From NCBI GenBank assembly GCA_963677195.1, contig OY781918.1, positions 420,923 through 484,922 on the forward strand: DNA of 64,000 nt. The letters run 5' to 3'. The notes beneath the pieces were generated by a model, which had not been told where the DNA came from, ran no database searches, and saw only the letters and a list, made by a program, of their open reading frames with translations. This DNA is from an uncultured Marinifilum sp. (GTDB lineage Bacteria; Bacteroidota; Bacteroidia; Bacteroidales; Marinifilaceae). Shown here one piece after another: positions 26,208 through 34,628 of the stretch. The position numbers and the translations under genes are program-made. Every line of letters starts with the position of its first letter. Positions within the stretch are counted from its first letter, which is position 1.

Positions 26208-27728
26208 TTAGTCCATATTAGTGAACAAGATGAATGATTCACCTTCTAATGTCATTTCAACTCCTTTATTGAAATCCAAACTCATGTTTGCTTCTGCAGG
26301 AATAGCAAAACCATTAACATCTACATTTCCAACAAAGGAACCATCAGCATTTGATTTGTAGCTGTATTTATCCATGCTAACGCTAGATAAGAAATCAGAC
26401 TTTAAATTGATTGGATAAGTTACATAGTGTGAATTCACTAAAGCAATTGTGTATTTGCCATCTTTTTCGCCCATAATTGCACGCACTCCTTTTTTGTTAG
26501 GTAATTCGATATCATAAATATCTGCACCAGCAGGGAAATAACGACATAGTAAAGATACCGGGTAGAAATAAGGTCTGATTTCCTCATCAGAGGCATCTCC
26601 TGTATGTTCTTCTCCCAAAATATTCCAAAATCCCCATCTCTTCATTTGATCTACATTGTAGTTATCCCCTTCCGGACTAACATACATTGCATCATCCATA
26701 TCCCAAACCAAAGCTCCTGAAAATCCTGCACGCATGGATTGAATGATAGCATCAGCCATATCAATACCATAAAATGCTTTGTAAATCATCATATTTGAAT
26801 CTTCGCCTGCATAAGGATCATTCTCTATAGCTTCTTCATTTTCAGCTTTCAAATCAGCATCCACTTCGGTGTATTTAAAACCTATCTCTCCTAGAACAAT
26901 AGGCTTATCATCAGGAGTTGCATCGCGATAAGCTTGCAACATATCGGTATAATCGCCATTGCGAACAATTAACTGCTTTGGATAAACGTGAATGTCGTAC
27001 AATCCAATTGCATCGCCCAAATCGTTTTTGGCATTTGTAATCCAATTGGTTTGATTGGTGCTCTCAAAAATTGCAATATCCGGTCCCATTAATTTCACAG
27101 CAGAAAGGTCGTAATTTGCCATTTCAGCAACATAAGCATCCTGGGTATTCTTCCAGGCTGTGTAATTACCTTTTGTAGATGCCCAATCGCCATTAGGCTC
27201 GTTAATAATGTTTACCGTTTTAATGCAAGTGTATCCTTTTTCGTTTACCAAATGGTTTAAGAATTTCACAGAGTTGGCAAGCCAATCGGTGTTAACCTCT
27301 TCTAAATTTCCATTTAAATAATGATGTCCCCATTCTCCATAAGTAATTTCGATATTACGACTTTGAGCATAATCCAACATTTTAAATAATGTTGTGGTCT
27401 TCGTAGTTTCATCGTAAGTACCATTGTTATCGTAAGAAGAACTTGCATTTGTCATGATACGCAAGAATGGTGGACGCATAAAGTCGATTCTTTGATACAA
27501 AGTATTCCAATCTGCATCGCTTAAAGTTTCGGCACCAATCCATGATTGAGTATTTTCATATCCTCCCCACTGAGCTCCATTACCAACAAAATCAGAAGAA
27601 ATCATATTTCCAGTAATATTGATCTCTCTGTTTTTTAATACAAAATCCGAATTATTGTCATCGCTATCGCACGCACTAGTTGCAAGAAATAGAGATAGTA
27701 ATCCGGTTAATAATAATCCTGTTCTCAT
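26208..27728 (-). CDS. GH5-like (clan GH-A) glycoside hydrolase, lipoprotein; paralog 2
   Basis: I start it at ATG 27728 (MRTGLLLTGLLSLFLATSACDSDDNNSD) rather than at the TTG 27755 in the track. Motifs are IINEPNGDW, IHVY and VLGEIGF. Confidence 0.65.
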   Translation of the reverse strand: MRTGLLLTGLLSLFLATSACDSDDNNSDFVLKNREINITGNMISSDFVGNGAQWGGYENTQSWIGAETLSDADWNTLYQRIDFMRPPFLRIMTNASSSYDNNGTYDETTKTTTLFKMLDYAQSRNIEITYGEWGHHYLNGNLEEVNTDWLANSVKFLNHLVNEKGYTCIKTVNIINEPNGDWASTKGNYTAWKNTQDAYVAEMANYDLSAVKLMGPDIAIFESTNQTNWITNAKNDLGDAIGLYDIHVYPKQLIVRNGDYTDMLQAYRDATPDDKPIVLGEIGFKYTEVDADLKAENEEAIENDPYAGEDSNMMIYKAFYGIDMADAIIQSMRAGFSGALVWDMDDAMYVSPEGDNYNVDQMKRWGFWNILGEEHTGDASDEEIRPYFYPVSLLCRYFPAGADIYDIELPNKKGVRAIMGEKDGKYTIALVNSHYVTYPINLKSDFLSSVSMDKYSYKSNADGSFVGNVDVNGFAIPAEANMSLDFNKGVEMTLEGESFILFTNMD

Positions 27729-27742
27729 TTGTTTAAATTTAG

Positions 27743-27770
27743 ATCCAAGACACAAGTATCAAGACACAAG
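27743..27770 (-). repeat. Tandem 14-mer (CTTGTGTCTTGATA / CTTGTGTCTTGGAT on the coding strand) with CAAG in 7-nt register
   Basis: Plus-strand CAAG occurs at 27746, 27753, 27760 and 27767. It contains the 10-mer AAGTATCAAG (27754-27763) also found twice at 23481-23504. It lies 15-42 nt upstream of the ATG at 27728. Confidence 0.7.
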
Positions 27771-27825
27771 ACAAAAAATAACATCTAATTAATGTGCTCA
27801 AAACTTTATCATGAACGTTACATTT

Positions 27826-27862
27826 ATTTTAAAAGTCTGGTTGCAGAAAATCTGCAACCGAC
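27826..27862 (-). terminator. Rho-independent terminator after the SusE-position lipoprotein gene
   Basis: The stem GGTTGCAG..CTGCAACC, extended by GTC/GAC, is followed on the minus strand by TTTTAAAATAAA. It lies 12 nt after the stop at 27874. Confidence 0.55.
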
Positions 27863-27873
27863 TTTAATAACAT

Positions 27874-29583
27874 CTATTGTTTGCTTAGGTTATACCACAT
27901 CTTTTTCGACATGTGAGCAACCTCTTCGTAACTGTAATTCTGAGTATCCCAGTCAAACAAGTCTGCTAAAAATTCAACTTCAGTAGTCAAAGCAACTTCA
28001 GTTTCTGTTTTTACTTCAAGGGTAAGAGCGTACTCCGTTCCACCAGCATCAGTAATTTTCACAATTTCTCCTTCCAAAATCCAGGTACCTGTACCTGTTG
28101 GCACTTTTCTATATCTATCGTTAAAATCTGTTTCAGGCCAATCGGTTCCATCATAGGTAAAGTCTGCATTTAAACCATCAGCACCAGAATTATTTTCATA
28201 AGTTCCATAAGGCTGACCTGCACCATCTTTTCCATCTACATTAAAAGTGATTGTATTGTCCAATTCCGGATTTACATTTGAAAGGTAATTGCTTAACTTT
28301 TCAGATTTGTCCCATCCCCAGCTTTCCCAGGTAAATAAGTCACAATAGATTCCAATTTCACCAATTGCCCATGTACCTGCAATTGAAACATCGCTTACAT
28401 CCAAATCGATTTGTAAATTGATAGTCCAAACTGCTGATTCTCCAGCTTCAGAGGTAACTGTAAGCTGAGTAGAATTACCAGTAGAGAAATCAAGCATTTC
28501 GCCAACTGTTTTATCTACTGAAGCTCCGTAAGAAGTTCCAATGCTCATAATTTCGATTGCTGATTTGTCTGCTCCGTTATCTTCAATTGTAACAGTTACG
28601 GTTTTATTTGCGGCATCAACTACAGCATCGCCAACCTGATCTTTCACTGTTAAACCAGTCAAATCATTACCTGTTTGCAACACTCTTTCTCTGGTAAGAT
28701 TGTACCACATAGGGTTCGACATGTGAGCCAATTCTTCGTAAGACCAATCGGTATCAGTCCAATTAAACTGACTTGCCAAATAAGGTAATGCAGCTTTTAA
28801 TGTTACGGCACCAGTTTCAGCTGAAACTTCAAGATCTAATTCATGTTCAATATTGTTTGCATCGGTAATAATTACTTTATTACGCTCAAAATCACGTAAC
28901 CAGCTTCCTGTTCCCATTGGAATCTTACGGAATCTTTCATTAAAATCCCATCCTTTACCAGTATCGCCATAATTACCGAAAATACCATCAGGTCCAGCAC
29001 TATGCTCATAGCTTCCAAAAGGATTTCCTTTTGCATCAGCACCTTCAACTGTAAATGTGAATACATTATCCAACTCTGGACTCAACTCAGGCAGGTAATC
29101 AATAATTTTCTCATTCTTTTCCCATCCCCAGCTTTCCCAGGTAAACATATCGCAGTACATGCGAATTTCGCCAACATACCACTCACCTTCAAGGTCTGAT
29201 TTAAATGGTTTCAAGCTTACTTTCCAATCCAGGCTTTCTCCTGCTCCGGAAATTACTGTGATAATTGCTGTTGCATCAGCAGATGAAAAATCAAGAGTAG
29301 CACCTGCTGTACTGACAGTACTTGCTCCGTAAGCCAAATCGATACTCTTAATCTCTACTTTTGCCAAATCAGCAATATTCTCAAACTTAGCATACACAGT
29401 AATTTGTGCATCATCCAAATCTCTTTCAATTAAGGAGGTTCCAATTTGTCCTTCCAACAAAAGAGAGACAACATTTCTTTCCTTTTTCCATCCGTTTCCA
29501 TCCAAATCATCTAATGGATCGGAAGTACAAGCAGCCATGAATGCTACCAGAACAATCAAAAATATATTTAATAACTTGTTCAT
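27874..29583 (-). CDS. Surface glycan-binding lipoprotein candidate (SusE/F position), internally duplicated
   Basis: A 569-aa ORF with signal ..VAFMAAC followed by TSDPLDD. It sits directly downstream of SusD. Its two halves of about 280 aa are clearly homologous (EGEWYVGEIRMYCDMFTWESWGWEKNEK vs AGTWAIGEIGIYCDLFTWESWGWDKSEK, and both end in ..YEE[LV]AHMS..MWYNL). Confidence 0.6.
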   Translation of the reverse strand: MNKLLNIFLIVLVAFMAACTSDPLDDLDGNGWKKERNVVSLLLEGQIGTSLIERDLDDAQITVYAKFENIADLAKVEIKSIDLAYGASTVSTAGATLDFSSADATAIITVISGAGESLDWKVSLKPFKSDLEGEWYVGEIRMYCDMFTWESWGWEKNEKIIDYLPELSPELDNVFTFTVEGADAKGNPFGSYEHSAGPDGIFGNYGDTGKGWDFNERFRKIPMGTGSWLRDFERNKVIITDANNIEHELDLEVSAETGAVTLKAALPYLASQFNWTDTDWSYEELAHMSNPMWYNLTRERVLQTGNDLTGLTVKDQVGDAVVDAANKTVTVTIEDNGADKSAIEIMSIGTSYGASVDKTVGEMLDFSTGNSTQLTVTSEAGESAVWTINLQIDLDVSDVSIAGTWAIGEIGIYCDLFTWESWGWDKSEKLSNYLSNVNPELDNTITFNVDGKDGAGQPYGTYENNSGADGLNADFTYDGTDWPETDFNDRYRKVPTGTGTWILEGEIVKITDAGGTEYALTLEVKTETEVALTTEVEFLADLFDWDTQNYSYEEVAHMSKKMWYNLSKQ

Positions 29584-29608
29584 CTGTATCTAATTTTATC
29601 TATTTGCC

Positions 29609-29685
29609 AGATGGAACTCACGATGATTTTTATAAATGTCATTCTAAATAATCTAACATTTCTAAAAATCATGTTCGGTTCATCT
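29609..29685 (-). other. Long imperfect intercistronic hairpin (susD to lipoprotein spacer), paralog A
   Basis: The basal stem is AGATGGAAC / GTTCATCT with one bulge. The inner 10-bp stem is ATGATTTTTA / TAAAAATCAT, and the apical stem is AAATGT / ACATTT. It shares the 20-mer AATCATGYTCGKTTCATCTT with the element at 31221-31296. Confidence 0.55.
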
Positions 29686-29691
29686 TTCTTC

Positions 29692-31194
29692 TTAATTAAT
29701 ATTAGGATTCAAATCAATTTCACGCTGAGGGATTGGATAGAAAGCAAGATCTTCAGGTGACAAACCTGCTGCTTGTGTTACTTTCTCCTGAACGATATTT
29801 TTACGCCTTAAATCCCAAAGGCGATCTCCTTCGTAAGCCAACTCACGCTGACGCTCCTCAACTACTAATGTTCGGAATTCATCTGCCGATAAACCTGAAA
29901 GATCAGTCAATTCGCTAACACCAGCACGACGACGAATCGCATTGTATTGCTCTAAACCGCTGGCATTGGCAGTTGCTTCGGCATAAACCAACTGAACTTC
30001 TGAGTAACGAATTAAATAAGGACGAGTACTTGTTTTATCTCCTGAAAACTCAGTATCGATATACTTTCTTGTGAATGCATAAGGAATTGTTCCATCGGCA
30101 ACGCTTCCTGATAGATTATTGTTTTCATCGTAGATTTCAGAAACAAATAGATCGGTACGACGTTTGTCTGTAGCTTCATAGTTTGACAACAACTCACCAG
30201 TTGTTTGAATTACACTCCAACCATCGTGAGTTGGTGAGAAAGATCCATCGGTATTTTGAAGGTAAATTGTACCACCTGCAATCCATGGAATAAAGTACTT
30301 CGATAATTTGGAGTAATCACCCTCCTCTGTTCCTGAACGATCCATAGAAAGAATGAAAATATGTTCCGATCCATCAGGTGAATTCACATCATAAATATTT
30401 TGCAAATCACCATCATGAGCATATTCTGATTGATCGTTTAAAACATATCCTGAAAATTCTGCTGCTTTTGCATACAAATTATCAACACTTTCGGTAAGTG
30501 CATCGTATTTTGGTACACCACTTTCTTTTGCTGATGCTGCAAACAAATACACTTCAGCCAACAAAGCCTGTGCTGCAACTTTATCTGCACGACCTGTTAC
30601 TCGATTTACATTTAAATAGTCGATTGCTTTGGTCAAATCCTCAATTAAGAATGTATACATTTCCTGCATACTTTCTGCTTTAGGAGAATTTGTTTCGTTC
30701 ATCTCATCAATTAAGGATGTTTGCAAAGGAGCCAAACCAAAGGCTCTTACCACATTAAAATGATTGTAGGCACGCAAGAAATACGCTTCGCCTAACAAAC
30801 GCTTCTCATCTTCTTCGTTAAAACCTCTTCCTTCAACATTCTCGATAACTGCATTTGCTCTATTTACAGCAATGTATGCACAACGATAATATTGAGTTAA
30901 CAATTCGTTCTGAGATGTTACTTCCCAATTTACAAATGCCTGAGCATCGGCTCCCTCATCAGCTTTTACAATACTGTTATCGGTTGCCAATTCACATAAA
31001 TAATAAGTAACAGGAGCATAACTAACCAAGGTTAGTGCATCGTAAGCATACAATAGCGATGCTTCTGCATCCTCCACTGTTTTATAGAAATTACTTTCGG
31101 AATAAAATCCTGTAGGCTCTACATCTAGGCTTTCACATGACACCAAGCCCATTACAAAAGCCAATCCTAATGCTATTTTATTTAATATGTTCAT
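29692..31194 (-). CDS. SusD/RagB family nutrient-binding outer-membrane lipoprotein
   Basis: A 500-aa ORF with signal ..VMGLVSC. It has TPR-like SusD sequence (RAYNHFNVVRAFG, RQRELAYEGDRLWDLRR) and lies immediately downstream of SusC. Confidence 0.92.
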   Translation of the reverse strand: MNILNKIALGLAFVMGLVSCESLDVEPTGFYSESNFYKTVEDAEASLLYAYDALTLVSYAPVTYYLCELATDNSIVKADEGADAQAFVNWEVTSQNELLTQYYRCAYIAVNRANAVIENVEGRGFNEEDEKRLLGEAYFLRAYNHFNVVRAFGLAPLQTSLIDEMNETNSPKAESMQEMYTFLIEDLTKAIDYLNVNRVTGRADKVAAQALLAEVYLFAASAKESGVPKYDALTESVDNLYAKAAEFSGYVLNDQSEYAHDGDLQNIYDVNSPDGSEHIFILSMDRSGTEEGDYSKLSKYFIPWIAGGTIYLQNTDGSFSPTHDGWSVIQTTGELLSNYEATDKRRTDLFVSEIYDENNNLSGSVADGTIPYAFTRKYIDTEFSGDKTSTRPYLIRYSEVQLVYAEATANASGLEQYNAIRRRAGVSELTDLSGLSADEFRTLVVEERQRELAYEGDRLWDLRRKNIVQEKVTQAAGLSPEDLAFYPIPQREIDLNPNIN

Positions 31195-31220
31195 CTGTCT
31201 ATAATTTTCTTTAAGTTGTC

Positions 31221-31295
31221 AGATGAAAGTCGCAAAATCAAAATAATTATTGTTGTGTATGTGTAATAATTATTTTAATCATGCTCGTTTCATCT
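31221..31295 (-). other. Long intercistronic hairpin (susC to susD spacer), paralog B
   Basis: The basal 8-bp stem is AGATGAAA (31221-31228) with TTTCATCT (31288-31295). The inner perfect 12-bp stem is AAAATAATTATT (31240-31251) with AATAATTATTTT (31265-31276). Confidence 0.55.
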
Positions 31296-31316
31296 TCAGT
31301 TCTTTTTAAAATCGTA

Positions 31317-34300
31317 TTAGAATGTCAATTCAACACCCAATGTCCATTTTCTCAATTTAGGGTAGCCTCCCCAATAGATACCATCTAAACCTACTTCAGG
31401 ATCGTATCCATCGAAACCGGTAATGGTAAATAAATTGGTAGCATTCATATAGATACGTCCACGTTTGAACCACGAAAGACCTAAATCAGGAATATTGTAT
31501 CCAAGAGAAACATTTTGCAATCTTAGGTAACTTCCATCTTCCACATACCAATCAGACATGTATAGATTTCTACCATCACGCAAGCTTGGATATTTGTTAG
31601 TAGGATTATCTTGAGTCCAACGAAGTGGCATATTTCCTGGTTCTCCGAAAGCTTTAGTATTTAGAATATCCTGTCCGTAACTTCCGTTAAACAACATTGC
31701 CAAATCGAAATTCTTATAGCTTACCTGTAAATTTAAACTTGCATTAAAATCTGGATTTGGATCACCAATAATGGTACGGTCATTTAAATCAACCACACCA
31801 TCTTCATTAAGGTCTACATATTTAAATTCACCTGCTTGTGCATCCTTACCTGTTAATCCAGCTGCCAAACCTTCCCCTTCACTCTGTACAATTCCATCTA
31901 CTTTGTACCCATAAAATGCGTTAACTGCCTCACCAATTCCTAAAATATTAGGCACTGCACGGAAAGACTCAATTGTACTTCCGTTAAACTCATACTGCAT
32001 TCCGGTGTTAGTATCAGAATTTAATCCGAAGGCCAATTCGTCACCCAGGCTCACAACTTCATTTTTGTTACGAGAGAAGATTAATGTACCCGAAACTTTC
32101 CAATCATTTTTATTGATAACATCTGAAGCAACAGACAACTCAAAACCTTCATTCTTGATCTCTCCTCCGTTTACCCACATTAAGTCGTAAGACGATGAAG
32201 GAGAAAGCCATCTTTCACGAAGCAAATCATCGGTATTTTTGCTATAGTAATCGGCAGTTACTCTCAATCGTCGGTTAAAAAAAGCCAAATCAACACCCAT
32301 ATTAAACTGACTTGTTCTCTCCCATTTTAAATCCGGATTAGGAATACCAGCCCACAATTTCTTTCCGGTTTGAGCATCCCATCTTGCAATGTAACCAGGA
32401 CCAATGGTAGTTTGCCAACTTCCGTTCACATAATATTGATCTTGTCCATACTGACTATTAATCAAGTATGTTCCGATCGGCTCTTTATTACCAGAAACAC
32501 CATAACTTGCACGTACTTTTAACTCATCAAAAATTCCAAGATCTTTAATAAAATCTTCGTTGTGCATTTTATAACCCACAGCTCCGGAAGGAAAATATGC
32601 CCACTGATTGTTCGATCCGAACTTAGACGATGCATCACCACGCATGGTAAATGTTGCCAGTAACTTGTTATCGAAAGTATAGTTTACTCTTCCATACCAT
32701 GAATACATAACTTCTTCCGAAAGAGAATTCGATACACTCTGCTTCTCAGGATTTCCACCTGACAGATTTCCACTTCTTAGCGATTCATTTAAAAAATCGT
32801 AAGCTCTTAAACTTGAACTACGTCCTTTTGTGTATTGATATGAAAAACCTGCCATTGCATTTAACTTGTGCAATTCATTAAATGTTTTATCAAAAGTCAA
32901 ATAAGATTCTGTTACCAAATCATTCGATTCTCCGTTATCAATACCTCCGGCACCATTATTAAAAGTTCCGTCTTCGGTATAAATTTTAGGATTGTAAAAC
33001 TCTGTTGTTGATCTGCTTGAATTGTAGTTAACCTGAGATTTTAATTTTAGAGTAGGTAAGATTTGAGCCTCTGCAAAAACCGAAGTCAGGAAACTTGTTG
33101 ATTCATATTCATTGGACTTATTCTCAGTCAAGGCAATTGGATGTGAATAATCCTGTGTTCCAATCATATAATATCCTTTCGAAGGATCTTCATCATTATA
33201 AACTGGGAAGATAGGGTTTCTCCAGTATGCCAAACCACCATTATTATTTCTTTTCCCTTTCGAGAACAGAATATTTGCCCCAACAGTTAACTTGTCGAAA
33301 GCCTTATGAATTACATTCAAATTTGCATTTAATTTCTCATAGTCATCATCAATATATACACCTTCATCGGTAAAGTATGATGAACTGAAACTAAATTGAG
33401 TTTGTTCGTTTTGGCTGCGAATAGCCACATTAGTATTATTCGAAATCGGATTACGGAAAACAACATCGTCCCATTCTGTGTAATATTTCCACGATCCATC
33501 TTTCAACTCAGAAACAGATGGATAATAAACACCATTAGGATCGTTCGCCCCAATATACAATGGAACATATCCTCCATTAACACGAGATTCATTACTTAAT
33601 TCGGCCATTAGCACAGGATCGCGCCACAGGTTAAGTTCTGAAGTAAACTCAGAAATTGTATTTTGTTGAGAAATACTTACCACAGTTTGATTTTTAGCCC
33701 CTTTCTTTGTAGTAATCATGATTACACCATTTGCACCACGCGAACCATAAATCGCTGTAGAAGATGCATCTTTTAAAACCTCCATAGATGCAATATCCGA
33801 AGGAGCAATTTGATTAATAGCACCTGCTTTCCCAATTGGGAATCCATCGACAACCACCAAAGGCTCATTACCACTTCGGTAAGAACTACCACCACGAATA
33901 CGAATGGTAGCACCTGCTCCCGGATCATCTGATGATGACACCACCTGAACACCTGCACTTTGTCCTTGCAATAAACCATCAATAGAGTTAGAAGGTTTCA
34001 TTGGAATAACATCCATTTTAACAGAAGAAACAGATCCAGTTAAATCACTCTTTTTAACAGAGCCATATCCGACTACAACCACTTCTTCCAGTCCTAAGGT
34101 TTCTTCCTCAAGAGTAATATTCATTTTCTGATTTACAATTGCCTGAATTTCGGCTGTTTTGTAACCCACAAAAGAAAATACAACGATTGCATTCTGCGAT
34201 GCAACTTTTAATTCAAATTCACCATCGATATTTGTAACAGTACCATTCTGAGTGCCTTTTTCAACCACACTCACACCTGGGATACTTATTCCACTCGCAT

Positions 34301-34409
34301 CTGAGACTACCCCATTTACACTTTGAGATTGAGCATTAGCCTGTTTTATCACCAATAAAAGGCAACAAAACATCATTATTAAACTCAATATCCGGTTTCT
34401 TTTTTTCAT
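31317..34409 (-). CDS. SusC/RagA family TonB-linked outer-membrane transporter
   Basis: A 1030-aa ORF with a signal peptide and a CarboxypepD_reg-like N-domain (VNGVVSDASGISIPGVSVVEKGTQNGTVTNIDGEF). It also has a TonB box/plug (VVVGYGSVKKSDLTGSVSSV, IMITTKKG) and a terminal F. Confidence 0.95.
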   Translation of the reverse strand: MKKRNRILSLIMMFCCLLLVIKQANAQSQSVNGVVSDASGISIPGVSVVEKGTQNGTVTNIDGEFELKVASQNAIVVFSFVGYKTAEIQAIVNQKMNITLEEETLGLEEVVVVGYGSVKKSDLTGSVSSVKMDVIPMKPSNSIDGLLQGQSAGVQVVSSSDDPGAGATIRIRGGSSYRSGNEPLVVVDGFPIGKAGAINQIAPSDIASMEVLKDASSTAIYGSRGANGVIMITTKKGAKNQTVVSISQQNTISEFTSELNLWRDPVLMAELSNESRVNGGYVPLYIGANDPNGVYYPSVSELKDGSWKYYTEWDDVVFRNPISNNTNVAIRSQNEQTQFSFSSSYFTDEGVYIDDDYEKLNANLNVIHKAFDKLTVGANILFSKGKRNNNGGLAYWRNPIFPVYNDEDPSKGYYMIGTQDYSHPIALTENKSNEYESTSFLTSVFAEAQILPTLKLKSQVNYNSSRSTTEFYNPKIYTEDGTFNNGAGGIDNGESNDLVTESYLTFDKTFNELHKLNAMAGFSYQYTKGRSSSLRAYDFLNESLRSGNLSGGNPEKQSVSNSLSEEVMYSWYGRVNYTFDNKLLATFTMRGDASSKFGSNNQWAYFPSGAVGYKMHNEDFIKDLGIFDELKVRASYGVSGNKEPIGTYLINSQYGQDQYYVNGSWQTTIGPGYIARWDAQTGKKLWAGIPNPDLKWERTSQFNMGVDLAFFNRRLRVTADYYSKNTDDLLRERWLSPSSSYDLMWVNGGEIKNEGFELSVASDVINKNDWKVSGTLIFSRNKNEVVSLGDELAFGLNSDTNTGMQYEFNGSTIESFRAVPNILGIGEAVNAFYGYKVDGIVQSEGEGLAAGLTGKDAQAGEFKYVDLNEDGVVDLNDRTIIGDPNPDFNASLNLQVSYKNFDLAMLFNGSYGQDILNTKAFGEPGNMPLRWTQDNPTNKYPSLRDGRNLYMSDWYVEDGSYLRLQNVSLGYNIPDLGLSWFKRGRIYMNATNLFTITGFDGYDPEVGLDGIYWGGYPKLRKWTLGVELTF

Positions 34410-34449
34410 AGATATAGATTTCTCGTTTCTAATAAAATTATCAATGTTT

Positions 34450-34457
34450 CAAAAGTA
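34450..34457 (-). promoter_or_regulatory. Candidate -7 box (TACTTTTG) for the mannan-PUL susC operon
   Basis: Plus-strand CAAAAGTA is TAnnTTTG on the minus strand, 41 nt upstream of the ATG at 34409. Confidence 0.45.
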
Positions 34458-34620
34458 CTGCTGATCATTCGATATTATTTCTCTTTTAATGCTCTTTACT
34501 TATACTTTAATGAATTATTAATTATACATTAAATACAATAGCAAACACATTATAGCTCAAACGCCTTATTTTACAAGTAATACAAAAACAACTCAAATAA
34601 TACTTTTATGAATATTTTAT

Positions 34621-34628
34621 TATATTTG
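34621..34628 (+). promoter_or_regulatory. Candidate -7 box (TATATTTG) for the AraC regulator gene
   Basis: TAnnTTTG lies 50 nt upstream of the ATG at 34678. Confidence 0.45.
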
